Below are positions 13,221 to 25,749 of a stretch of 64,000 bases of DNA, piece by piece; the first letter of the stretch is position 1; the number at the start of each line of letters is the position of its first letter. The stretch is from Guillardia theta CCMP2712 (lineage: Eukaryota; Protista; Cryptophyta). The position numbers were made by a program, and so were the translations under genes. The notes under the pieces are model-generated. The model worked only from the letters and a program-made list of their open reading frames with translations, was not told the origin of the DNA and searched no databases. The DNA lies in assembly GCF_000315625.1 (NCBI RefSeq), contig NW_005434666.1, positions 1,073,806-1,137,805 on the forward strand. Direction: 5' to 3'.

Positions 13221-14598
13221 TCACTGCGTCCCAAAGAAACGCGAGCCAACGTCTCCCAGCCCGGGGATCACCATGCTCTCAGCGTTGAGACCCTCGTCGA
13301 TAGCTCCCGCTATGATCGTGACATCTGGAAACTCCTGCAGCGGTTGTGAGGCCGGAGGAGGAAGGAGAAGAGAAGACGGGGAGAGACAAGGTGGAAGGGA
13401 TGGATGGGTTACCTCCTCAAAGTTTGCAATGCCTTCAGGAGACGCCACGAACGTCGCGAGCTTGATGTTGGTCACTCCCCACTGCTTGACTAGCCCGACA
13501 GTCGCTCGAGCAACAGAACCGCAGGAGAGGGTCGGGTCGAGGACCTGGCACACAAGACTCAGGAGAAGGGTGTATGAGGAATGAGAGGAGGGGAGAGTGG
13601 AGGGAGAGGAGGAGGAGAAGGAAGAGGGAGAGGAAAGAGGAAAGACATGGGGAGAGGAAAACTTACGTATGCTGTTTGACATATAGTCTCGTTGGTGAAA
13701 CGATTGTAATACTCGACTGGAACCAGCGTCTTTGGATCTCTGTACATCCCGACATGCCACACCTGCGACATCTGTTTACTCATCGCATTCTCTACATCCT
13801 CATTGCCATTGCCCGTCATATCACCTTGGTCAACATCATAAGATTCATCATGATCATAATCAACGATATATTCTCTTGATATATGTCGTCGTCGTCGTCA
13901 TCATCATCATCGTCATCATCATCATCGTCATCACTATCAGTAGCAGCTCTTCATATCTTGATCCACCTGAGCATTTGGATACGCATAGATGAAGCCATCG
14001 ACCATTCCCAACCCTGAGCGAATGACTGGGATGAGTGCGACCTGATGCGAGACTTGCTCGCCCATGGTGTCGCCGTAGGGGGTGGAGACAGGCCTGCAAG
14101 CATGGCATGAGGGCAGCCGCCATGAAGGCAATCAGCGCACATGGACTCAAGAGGGAGGTCAGCCATGGCTTCATACGCCAGCAGTGTTGAGATCTCCTTG
14201 GCTAACTCGCGAAACTCCTTGGGCTTCACGGACTTGTCGCGGAGGAACGAGAGCTTGTGGCGCATCAATGGATGCGAGCAAACCTGCAGCATGACCAGTG
14301 ATAAGCAAAAGAGCGCAAGACATCCCCATCAGCATCTCTGAAACATGCGCCTCGACATGTCTTCGGAATCACAAGCTATGCTCGCATGCCAACGATATGA
14401 TATCATCACTTCGTGCTCATCCTATCTTAACTTCATCCTGAAAAATAATCCGCGAATCCTAGTCCATTCTTCTTACTCCTCCTTCCTCCGCTCCTGGTCT
14501 TGCTCCTCCTGCTCCTCCTCATCCTCATCCTCTTCGACCTCCTCCTCGCCGCCGCCTCAAACATCCTCTGCGCCTCGGCTACGCACCTTGACCACCAT
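13221..14598 (-). CDS. upp: Uracil phosphoribosyltransferase-like protein, multi-exon
   Basis: MVVK|[39 protein letters not shown]...[13 protein letters not shown]...[17 protein letters not shown]...[10 protein letters not shown]...[14 protein letters not shown]. Confidence 0.9.
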
Positions 14599-14926
14599 GT
14601 TGCAAGATTCCGTCGACTTCTGCAACTGGGGAGGTTTTAGAGGTACAGTTCAAAGTGGGGTTCGAAATATTTCAGAATATGTGACGCGAACCTTTGAAAT
14701 ATGACACTATATATTTGAAATGTTGTGTTGCGGAGAACCCCTGCAACAGCCTGTTGCAAGGGCAACAACCATATAAAGAGGGACCTGTGGGACCGCAAGA
14801 GAGACCGTCGCAACAAGAGTGCTACAAGATTGACGTGAAATACACGAAGAACTTGTCAGTTGCTTCCTGAGCTTTACTAGAAGATTCATGCATAACATGT
14901 TAGATGCTCCTCCTCCTCCTCCTCCC

Positions 14927-17900
14927 TCACACCACCGAGTGAAGTTTCCTGACAGGCGCAAACGGATTTTGCGTGCGGTGGTGCTTAGAGCCGTAGAGGA
15001 ACTTGGGCGCTGAGCTCCAGATGCCCATGGCCTTCATACTCCAGAAGTTGTTGTCCACCTGCTCGCCCGGCCATCCCTGCATCGTCTTCCCCTCGTCCAC
15101 CACGTCCCCGCCCATGATCAGCGTGTGCTCGAGGAGCGTGCTGTACGGCATCATGGCGGCGCCGCTGAGCAGCCTCGAGTTGCTCCTCAAGGTGGCTCCG
15201 GGCCCGACAACCACCTGGTTCAGAGTGAAATGCCCGCGGCTGTTGATGTGGGCGATGAGCGACGCGCTGTCGACGGAAGCACCATCGCCGATGGCGACGA
15301 GCTCGGGCTCAGTCATCATGGGGTCAGCGCCGGTGGGGTAGAGGCAGACGTTGCGGCCGATGTGACTGCCATGGGCGCGGAAGAACCAGACGAGGAAGGC
15401 TGTGCCGTGAAGGTACTCGAGGATCCCGTTGCCGAAGTACGCCTGGCGGATGATGACGGTGGCGGAGAGGTAGAGCTGCCAGCGCTGGCAGTAGGAGGAG
15501 GTGTCCCAGTTGTAGACGCCGACGCGCCTCCGACCGATGTAGAACCACTTCATGAGAGTGGCGAGGGAGAGCGACAAGACCGTCGACAAGTTCTGCATGA
15601 CGATGAAGGTTGGCACCATCCTTAGCCCGATATCCCACAGGCTGTAGTCCACGACCACGAGCGTGCTCCTCCCCAGGAACTCTGCCGTGAGCTCGAAACC
15701 TGCGATGATGGGAAGCGACCGGTACATGGCGGCGAAGCATCGCCAGAAGCAGCCGTTGAGCGCGTGGACCCATCCGGGATAGACGACATAGGAGGCGTTC
15801 TTGAGGTGAAAGGCGTTGCCGAAGGGGCGAAGGGTGCTGGCGGTAGCAGCAGCTTCTCCTCCTGCCTCCAGCAGCATCGGCTTGCCAAACCGACACCCTA
15901 CCCACTTGGAACCAGCCTCGTACTCGGTGTTCTTCATGGCCAGCCCACCGGACCCGAAGACAACGTTGCGGCCTATCACACAGCCAGGAAGGAGCACGCA
16001 TCGATCCCCCACGTTGGCTCCAGCTTCGATGCGGATAGGAGCGCAGTCCTCCGCATCTGCCGTCATGATGATGGACCGGCTCCCAAACACCACGTCGTCT
16101 CCCACCTCCAGCAGGTCGTACTCCACCAGCCCCTCGAACAAACTCCCCGGCCAGTAGATTCGATCTCCCACCTTAGCCCCCAGCACCCGCAGGATTCGGC
16201 TGATCCCCCCGTAATGGACGCCGATCAGATGTCCGATCTCCTGCAGCCGCTCTCCCGGGAAAAGCTCCCCCATCAGCCAGTGCCGAAACGTCTCAAACTG
16301 CGTCGCGTTGCGCTTCCCAGGTGTGAACTTGCCTATCACTGCCTTCTTGACCAAGATGACGGCAAAGAGACGGAAGAAAGGCAGCACCGTCGTCCGCACC
16401 ACCCGGATCGCCAGGTAGTACCCGATCCTCTCGGGCGTCAAGAACCAGAGGAGCACGTCACAGTAGGTGTCGAGCTCGGCAACATACCACGAGTACAAGA
16501 CCATCAGGCGGAGAACAAGCAGGACGGGAAGCTGCTCAAAGATCCATACCATCCAGAGAATGAGCCTACCGTACACCCTCCACAGAAAGTTTGGCTTCGC
16601 AAATGTCACCCTGCAGCAGATCTTGTCTTGGACGCTGCCGATGGAGGCAGGCGTGATGTCATAGGAGGAAGAATTCGGACCCAAACACGTCTTACTCGGG
16701 ATCGCGATCCCTGGCACGACGGCGACTTTGCTAGCAATGCAGACCTCCTCTCCTATGTGGACGGGGGCGAGCACCATGCACCCCTTGTCGAGGCAGAAGG
16801 AGCGAACGCTGATGTTGTCTATGCAGGAGTTCGATCCTATTTCGATCTGCAGACAAGAAGAAAGTGAGTGGGTGAGATGAAGGTCGTGACTTGATCCGTC
16901 TCGTTGCTCACCAGATCGAATTCAGCCAGCTTCGCTCGATGATCAATCGCGACTTTCCTACCGATCTTAGCTCCCAACATGCGATAATAGAAGCAAAGAG
17001 TTGCTGAGTTGTATCGAAAGACGCCCCTACCGCACAAGAGATGAATTTGATCGACCAGCCACCACCGCAAGTAGTACTGAGCAACCATGTCACACGAGTC
17101 AAGCAAACTAATAATACTCACTTGTCCCCATAGCGGATATCTCCCAGGTTTGTACCTTCCGATAATGATCCACTTGCAAATTACAGCAAAGAGAGGAAAG
17201 AAAACTCCCGACACGACGCGTCCAATGGCCAAGGCAAGGATGAGGCCGGCGAGACGGTTGATTCCAGCCTGCTGTAAACTGACCCAGAGAGCGACGAAGA
17301 GGATCCAAGTCGAAACTCTTCGAAGAGGATAGATGAGGGAGAGAGGCAGAGCTTGCACGGTGAGGGCGAAGAAAGAAGTCTGAGAGAACGCTCGCAGACG
17401 TTCTTGCTCCTCTCCCTCTCCCCACTGCTTGTTCGAGTTCAACATATTTGACGAGTTCTCCCCAGAAGCATTCTCTCCACTCGTAGCTTCATCTACGCAA
17501 GATGCCTGAAACTCGCCCTTGCCAAGCTGCGTCCTGAGAGAGTTGACAGAGCTTGACAAGGAGGAGATGGTCCTGTTGGAGAAGATGGACGCAGCTGTCA
17601 GAGGCACGTCCATCACCCGGCGGATCTGCGCGACCATCCTTCCCGCGAGCAAGGAACTTCCTCCTGACTCAAAGAAGTCCGCGTTGATGCTGCACTTCTT
17701 GCCCAGAAGCTTCTCCCAGATGCTCTGGATCTCTCGCTCGGTGTCGTTGGAAGGCGGGGAGTAGTCATCCCCTCCATCCAACAGGTCGGGCTTCTTGAGC
17801 TGGTTGTAGTCCTCTGGGATCTTGTCCAGTGCGATGATCTGCTTCGGCAACAAGTAATCATGGAGGTGCTTCTGCAGTCCCTTCATCAGCTTGTGCACGT

Positions 17901-20575
17901 CCACGTTCTCAGGAGTAACGTAGAGCACCACAGGATCGCTCCCATCGGGTTTGGGGATGGACATGATGAGAGAATGCTCTATCTTCATCTCCCCCCTCAC
18001 TCGCTGAACAACATTCATGATCTGTCATCACATCATCAGCTCATGAGCACGAGAATACCATACTCATCACCTGCTGCAAGTCAATGTCGATCTGACGCAT
18101 CGGAATCTTTATGTCGAGGCCGCTGCCTCTCGGTGGACATGCTGCCTCAAACATGCGGAAATTTTGACTTGTACGATCATCGATCGGCTTCATGTCAAGT
18201 CTGTTGGAGAGCCGAATCCTCTGGACCTTGTTCGCCTGCCCCTTAGGGAGCTCGTCCATGAAGACAACAACTTGCGGCCACTTCGCAGGATGAAGAGTCG
18301 AAGCAACAAATCTCTGTAGTCCAGCTAGATCTACACGGGGGACGCCGGGAACAGAGACAATGGCAACACCGACCACCTCCTGCAGGACGTCATGAGGAGC
18401 TGAGAACGCGATGACCTCCTTGACTCGCTCATGCTTGACAACCGCCTCTTCCACCTCGAAGGGCGAGATAATCTCTCCTCCTCTGTTGATAACCTCCTTT
18501 GATCTCCCTGTGAGGTATATCCATCCCTCCTCATCCAGATATCCCATATCCCCCGTGTTGAACCATCCTCCCGGGAAGAAGGACGAGGCGTTTGCTGCAT
18601 CATCGTTTTCATAGCCGAGCATGAGAGGGGCTCCCTTCAAACAAACATTCCCTACATGCCCAACAGGCAATGTCTTCCCCTCATCGTCAAGGATTCGCAC
18701 TGAAGGCCCCGCGATCTGCCCACTGGAGGAAGGATGATCCAAGTTGTACTCACAGGAGGGCGAGGAGATGGGCATGCACTCTGTCATTCCATAGCTGGGC
18801 AGTACGACACAGCCAAGATTATCTTTCATGTCTTGCGCTAGTGAAGCAAGGAGCCCTCCCGCGGCATTTGCTACCATCCGCAGTTTGCATGCTGAATCAC
18901 TGAGATTTCTTGATTTCTTCTCTTCGAGGATCATGGTGTGCATAGTTGGCCCTGTGGTTCCATCACAGGAATGAGAGTCAGTTGAACATCTTTCAACATC
19001 TTGCAGTCTTTCACAGTGAATGTCCCACCTGCATAGTACCAGGTGACCTTCTGCTCCTCCATACAGTTCCAAAAAGCAACAGCGTCGAAAGCCGGAGCGC
19101 AGATCACTCCCCCGCCCGAAAGGATCTGAAGCATCGTAAGTGGTAAACTTTAAAGCAGAGATGTCCAACTAACCACTGCTAACACGTTTCGAGTGATTCC
19201 TCCAACATGAAACAGCGGCATCATATTGAGGCAAACATCAGTCGGAGTCAACCCCCATGACCGAATGATGCAGGCTGCTCCAATACAGAGCGTTTCAAGA
19301 GAATAAGGAACCATCTGCCAAAAAGAACAGTGAGATGAGCTTCATGCACACAAGAGAAGGAGCGAACGAATCACAAGAAGAGAGGGAGGAGCGAACGAAT
19401 CAGAGAGAGGGAGGACTTGGGGAGAAGCAGAAGACATTTGCATTCGCTTCACCTTCTTCTTCCCAGACGTGCCAGAAGTGTGCAGGACAAGAACAACTTG
19501 CTCGGGGGTGTTGTATCTTGCAGCTGATCGGGCTCGAGGTTCATCGCTTCTCGATCTTTCATCAGTTTGATCGTCATCAAGACTCACAATTGTAAAGAGT
19601 CCCACTGTCGACGGATCTGGCAGGAGTTTGAGGACCTTGATGTCTGTTGTTGACACGATCTCCTGCACCCTGGCATCGGACTCGTCCTGATGAACAATCA
19701 AAAACTTGCATCGTGTTCCTTGGAGCTCGGATTGAATCTGAACAGCAGAAACATTCAGAATTCATAGATGAACTACAATCAGGAATATATTACCTCAGAT
19801 ACAGTTTGTTGATTGTTGATTGGAACACAGCAGTATCGGTTTAAACACATCAGTATACACAGAGCCAGCTCTGGACCATTGGGCAAAAGCAGGCCACATC
19901 TCTCGTTCTGACCGAGTCCAAAAGACTCAAGCGAGAAATTCGACAAGAATTCACGTAAAGTTTCGAAGCTCAATCTTCCTCTTCCTTTCAAGTCTGTTGC
20001 AGAGACTGCAAAGTCACCATGCATGCTTGGAGAGCTGGGCAGCAGCTGCACCAGAGACTTGAACCCAAAGTTCTGCAAACACTTCTTCACATCATCTCCT
20101 CGGATGCTTGGCACAGCCTCCACACCATCACCATCAACGTGCACAACTCCGGGTTCATTGAATGGTGTGGCTTGCAGAACGTGACGAAGAGTGAAACCGC
20201 CACCATGCTTCCATGGGGAGACAGCAGCATCACAAATAATGCCTGCAAGCTGTGATCTCTTCGTCTGAGCTATTCTGGGCTGTGACTGAGCGGCATCTTC
20301 ACCGCTCTCTACCGTGAGTTTTGAGCTGAAGTCACTGTCGTCGCTCACACTGTTTGTTTCTATTGAGACGCGAACTTCAGAGACATGGTGTGATTCCAAC
20401 GTTGAGCGTATTGACCTCAAGTCAGACCTCTCAATGCCAGATGCACTTGCTGGTGTTTCGGAGTCTAGCAATGGTGCACTTAACCCCTCTGTTGTCTTCC
20501 GGGATTTCGAAGATCCAATTCGCTTTGCCCTTTCTTTCATTCGCCTCATGAGGGATTCTCTTTCTGATTGCGACA
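14927..20575 (-). CDS. NRPS-like membrane protein: acyl-CoA-ligase-type adenylation domain, carrier (T) domain, TM segments and three acetyltransferase-like/left-handed-beta-helix repeats (Pls/PosA-type C-terminus)
   Basis: LHTSGTSGKKK, PLFHVGG, YGMTE, FNTGDMG, GRSKEVINRGGE and LPKGQANK. T domain DFFESGGSSLLA. Three modules of the form KW..IGR...G.Y..W plus (L)G(A/S)(K/H)(I/V)G. Confidence 0.88.
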
Positions 20576-21759
20576 TTTCACGTGGTTGTATGTTACAAGA
20601 CTGATGCTACTGCAGTCACCGAATAAAAGCGAAATACAAGAATAATGCTCCGATCGTGCAGGAAATGATGTGGTTGCCGAGCTGCAAGTGGCAGGAGTAG
20701 AGGTGAAACGATGGCAGACGGAGGAGCGAGCTCAAGGAGAGCGAGCGCAGGAGGAAGTCAGCCGTCAGATCAAGATGTGAAGAGGGGGAGGAGGAGGAGG
20801 AGAGGAGGAGGAGGAGGATGGGAGGGAAACAAGATGCGCTGTTAAAGCTGCATCGCGAACCTTGGGGAAACTATGGTTACAAGGTCTTGGAGGGGTTCAG
20901 AAATTGATGTGGGGGTGGGGGTACATAGTTATGAGGTCAAGAGCGAAAATCTTTGCAACTACAAGGTAGGGTCTAGAGTATACCGGTACTCTAATAGAAA
21001 AAACAATGGGTACTAGGCATACGCTGGAGTATAAACTACAGGTCAATGTGAATCAAAAGGGGTCAGGGTAGGGAAAGGGTGGGTGCATCGGGTTTGTACA
21101 GGCAGGGTGCTTTTTTAGAAGAAGGGGTAGTGTCAATTGTTGTCATAGATGGGTGGGGTGGGAAGACTGGTGAAAGCAGGGGGTATCAAACATATGGAAC
21201 TAAGGGGTGGTCAGACATTTACAAGGAAACAGGGGTAGGGAACGTCCGTAACCCCCAGGTTCTAAGGGGGGTCAAAAAGGTCAGGGGTAGGGGCATAGTG
21301 GACAAGGTGTAGGGTACCATGGAAGAGTAACGGAACATAACGATTATGACAAAGAAATAACAGTGGAATAACGTAACCATGCGACCAGTGGCGAATGACC
21401 AGGAAGACTATGGTTTGGACGGAGGGAGGTGGGATTGGCGGCAAACATCGAGATCTTCCTTACCACGTCCGACTTGACAGAGAGAAGGTTTTTGTCCGAC
21501 TAAACTTCTCCGGGTTCAGCAAGAATGTCTGGAGGTTTCGCAAAGCTGTTCATTGTTTACGTAGCCTGGTCCCTATGTTCTGTCGTCGCAAAAGGTAAAG
21601 TTTGTCTCTTCTTGGTGGTTTGCTTTCAATCATTCCATCGTCATGTCCTGTATTCAATGGTCTCCATTGTCTGGTATCCTTTCTTTCATGATCGATGAAG
21701 TACTCGTGATCCCTCGAACTTGTAAAGCATCTATAGAGTTGATGATCCCATACTTTTCC

Positions 21760-22900
21760 AGCTTCAACTGCTCTGGATTTTCAGGAGATTATGAGAGAGG
21801 TGCTTGTCTGCTAGATAGTTGACAAGGGGCTACTTACATATTCAATCTTCGATTTCCTTGAATCAGGAGAAGGAAAGAATCGCCCTGCAAAAAAGTGTGC
21901 CAGGAGCACAAATTTTGTCATTTCCCAGAGTTCGCAAGCTAGATGCAAGGCAACACAGGTACAAATGTTGACTGGTGCAACGTCAAATGATTGGCTCAAT
22001 GGTTAATGCTTTTTTGCTACTGTCTGCCGTCTTTACTCGCTGCTTCGCTGATCTTTCTGGCCAGACTGTGGAGAGCTCCAGAAAGCGTCTTCTACATTGC
22101 TAATTTCATCACCTCGAGGTACTTGTTGTAATCGACAGAGGATGTTGTTGCATGTGACATCGCACAAGGGAGGAGAATCTGTTGTTGGAGAGGATCAAAA
22201 CATCAGAAACTGCTGGTTGGGAGGATATGGGACAGCGACGATTTAGGCATGCCGGAGGGTAAGGAAATCAGACCAGGAAAAGATTTCTACCGATTTCCAA
22301 TGACTTCACCTAGGATTCCTTCAGCCTCTGATGGCATGATCGAAGAGCCGCTCGAAGACTACTTGGCTGAATTGAGGGACGCCATTGTAGATGGATGTGC
22401 TTTCAAACAAGGTCAACACCCGAATCACTTCCTGATGTGAGGCTTTGTTTGCAAACTTGAGAGGATGAATGGTGATAAGTATTTCTTCAGTAACGAGTAT
22501 CGTCCAATGAGCGGCATCTCTCGACACAAAGATGGGCCACTCTACGGGGGGCGTGTGGCGATCCTTTCACTGCAGAGCACCTGCACTTTAGAGTTCTCAC
22601 CCGAAAAGCATTCAACTCGCGATGAAGTCACAGGCGTTTTCCTTGAGCCAAGGAGCCTCTTGGTGTTTGATGGCGAGGCATACTGGAGGTCAGTCCCGCC
22701 GTCTGCACGGCTCGCCTTTGACTCCTTCTTCCTAGCTGGTGGCATGAGATCTGTCCGAAAGAGGACGACATCATTGATGAATCGTTGGCCAACATACATT
22801 TGTTGCCAGCTGAATATAAACTTGGCAGCAAGATTGCACGAGAAACTAGGATCTCGCTGACATTACGCGAAGTCAGCAACATTCAAGAGTTTGTTTTGTT
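21760..22900 (+). CDS. ALKBH6: AlkB-family 2OG-Fe(II) dioxygenase, ALKBH6-like, multi-exon
   Basis: APESVFYIANFIT, PNHFLINEYRPMSGISRHKDGPLY, FLEPRSLLVFDGEAY, WWHEI and RISLTLR (HxD...H...R). The 5' boundary is approximate. Confidence 0.82.
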
Positions 22901-23124
22901 GTTCATCACTTGGAAATGCTAAATTTTGTTTTACAGCCCAGACCGCAAGTTCGTCACATCCATGGCACAAGAGGCATGTCTCAACTCACAACAACTTTTG
23001 TCTAATTTATCAACCAGGAATACAAGAGGAAATCAAGGCAATTTAAGAACTCCGTATACGACAAAATATAAGAAAGACATCACATCGCGAGAAAGCTGTA
23101 TCCATGCTAAGGTGGCAAAACGCG

Positions 23125-23468
23125 TCAATGTTTCATAACTGCATCATCTTCCAACATTCCCAGTTCTTGCGCGCGTACTTGCTCAATCCCTGTGAAAAAA
23201 AAGTCTCAGCTGTAATGAAGAAAGACTCAGCGAGGATGTTCACTGACTTTCTTGAAGATCCAATCTGAAGGCCCAATCAGAGGCTTCTCTAACCAGTTGG
23301 GTAACTTGGGTTGGTGTGTAGTTGGCAAGGACTGCAGCATTGGTAAAAATGAGAAGCAAACACCTTTCAATTACCTTTCAGCGCCTTTTCTTCTTCATCA
23401 TTGTTGATGTATTGAACTATCTCATCAATGAGATTGCTCGTTGGGGCTTGTTGAGGTGCATCCGACAT
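23125..23468 (-). CDS. LIN52-like (MuvB/DREAM subunit) 80-aa protein, 3 exons
   Basis: Exons 23468-23375, 23331-23248 and 23189-23125 splice in frame through GT-AG introns of 43 and 58 bp. The C-terminal helix pattern resembles LIN52. Confidence 0.62.
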
Positions 23469-24311
23469 TTGATCCAATAAGAATATGCCCGGTCGAAACA
23501 ATTCACATACAAATCCGGCAGATTCTATCCAGTCAGGTATTCTAGCGAGAAGAATTCAAGTTTCCCGATGAGCTGCAACTGTTGCAGGAAATCCCTTCGC
23601 TCTCCCACCCTGCCCTCCTCTGCTCCTACTTGTTCCCTCTCGCTCGCCCCTGTTCTCCCTTGACCTCTCCCCTCCTCCTCTCTCTTCCTCTTGTTGTTCT
23701 CCTCGTCTTCCTCGTCCTCGTCGCCCTGCTTGTTGTCTTTGTTCGTCTTCGGTTCTTGCTGCTTCTCCCGCCTGCTTCAAGTTCAGCCAAGGATCTTGCG
23801 CGCCATTTTTGAACTGTCCACACCCTACCGCAGACTTCACCCTTATTGAGTGTTTGACTACCCCTTCAAATCTTCAATGTACCCCTTCTTAAAAGACTTC
23901 TTGGCTATGCTAATACCCCAATATGCCATGACCCCTACCCTCCCATTCTCGCTCTCTGTGCTGCAACCCCTTGTGTTCAGAGGGCGAAAGAAAAGAAAAA
24001 AAAGAACTGAAAAGAAAAGAAAAAGAAAAAAAGAAAGACATTGGAGAGGAGAGGACGGACGGAAATGGAGATATGGAAGGATTTGATACGGGAGGAGTGA
24101 GAGGAGAGGAGAGGAGCAGATCTGACGCAAGAGAACAGGAGCAAGCAAGAGAGGAGCAAGGGGAGAGCAGCAAGGATCGTTGTGCAAGTGTGGGATCGAG
24201 AGGGGATTGAAGCTAGCGAGGAGAACAAACCAGGAGGAACACAGCAGGTTGGTGGCAGCAAGGGCGTATCAGCGACAGGGGGGAGACGAGAGGAAAGATG
24301 ACAAGGTGAAG

Positions 24312-25634
24312 ATGGGATCTGGAGGTATAGATCTATCGCGGAACGCGACCAACGGGGTATTGTTTGTCGGCTTCAATCAGGATCAGAGCTGCTTCGCTGT
24401 CGGGTTTTCCGATGGCTTCAAGATCTTCAACTGCAACCCCTTCAAGGAGACGATCTCTCGCAAGCTTGACTGCGGGATCCGATACATCGAGATGCTCTTC
24501 CGATGCAACATCCTCGCGCTTGTCGGTACGCAGGAGGACGGTAAGTTCCCTCCCAACAAAGTGATCATCTGGGACGACCAGCGCCGCAAGGACATTGGAG
24601 AGCTGAGTTTCCGCCATGAAGTCAAGGCTGTTCGGCTTCGACGAGACAAGGTCGTTGTGATCCTGGAGTTCAAAGTTCTCGTCTACAAGTTCTCCGACCT
24701 CTCTCCCATCCTCGAGGTCGACACCGTCTCCAACCCCAAGGGCATCTGCGCTCTCTGCCCCAGCCCCAACAACACGGTCCTGGCATGCCCTGGCAGCCAT
24801 CGAGGGCACGTGCGGCTGGAGCTGATGGAGATGCACAAGACGTTCAACGTGCAGGCGCACAACTCTCCCCTTGGCTGTATGGCTCTCACGCTCGACGGGT
24901 CTCGACTAGCCACGGCCTCTGAGCGAGGAACCATCATTCGGGTCTTCGACACGCTTAGCGGGAAGCAGCTGCAGGAGGTGAGGAGGGGAGCAAGCGCGGC
25001 TGAGATCAGCTCGCTCGCGTTCGACCACAAGTGCTCCCTCCTCTCTTGCTCCAGCGTTAGGGGAACCGTCCATGTCTTCACTCTGGTAGACGCCCCATCA
25101 GCACCGACGTCATCGGAGAACAGCTCGGAGGAACGAGCCGGAGCTGCTCACCAGGTGGTCAAGTCGGGTTGATGTGAACTCAGCTGATCTTGCGAGTAGA
25201 CCAACAACTGCCGATCAAGCCTGTCTTTCATGGGCAGCATGGTGACTTACTTCAACTCCGAGTGGAGCTTTGCAAAGTGATTTCTTGCTTGTTGCTGCCA
25301 TGCAACTGGAACTGAAGGAAGAACAGCAGCTGACGTGTGCTGTGCCAACAGGTTTCGTCTCCCTATAGGAGACGGGCACACCATCTGCTCGTTTGCGTCG
25401 GAAAAGAACTCCATCCTAGTCGTGACGGCCACCGGCCATCTCTACATGTGTGAGTTCAAACCCGAGGGTCCTCCAGGGCAGGTAGGCGACGAGGCCGACG
25501 GTCAGGGGAGTGAGTTTGAGATGACTTTGCTGCAGGAGTGCGAGGCTACGTGGAGCCGCTCGTTCTTGCCGGAGGAAGTTCAATCTCAGTCGGAACTTGG
25601 TGAAGGGACGGTTGATGAGGTTGTAGGGAACTGA
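24312..25634 (+). CDS. ATG18: ATG18/WIPI (PROPPIN) WD40 protein, multi-exon
   Basis: FNQDQSCFAVG, EMLFRCNILALVG, PPNKVIIWDD, LATASERGTIIRVF, the phosphoinositide-binding QEVRRG and YFNSEWSFA. Confidence 0.95.
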
Positions 25635-25749
25635 TCTCGTCTGTCAGAATTGCAAGAAGGGGATATGCTGCCGCTCGACACCTGAAGATCTTCTGTGTAT
25701 TCATTGATATCTTTACCATTTTAATGCATTCAAACACGTGTAGTTTACA

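Noticed and set aside
15125-16867. Several long overlapping ORFs within the NRPS-like gene
   Set aside because: Antisense or alternative-frame shadows of a GC-rich coding exon.
13221-22900. Possible biosynthetic cluster of UPRT-like, NRPS-like and AlkB dioxygenase genes
   Set aside because: The neighbours look like ordinary conserved families, and there is no sequence evidence of co-regulation beyond the divergent arrangement common throughout the window.
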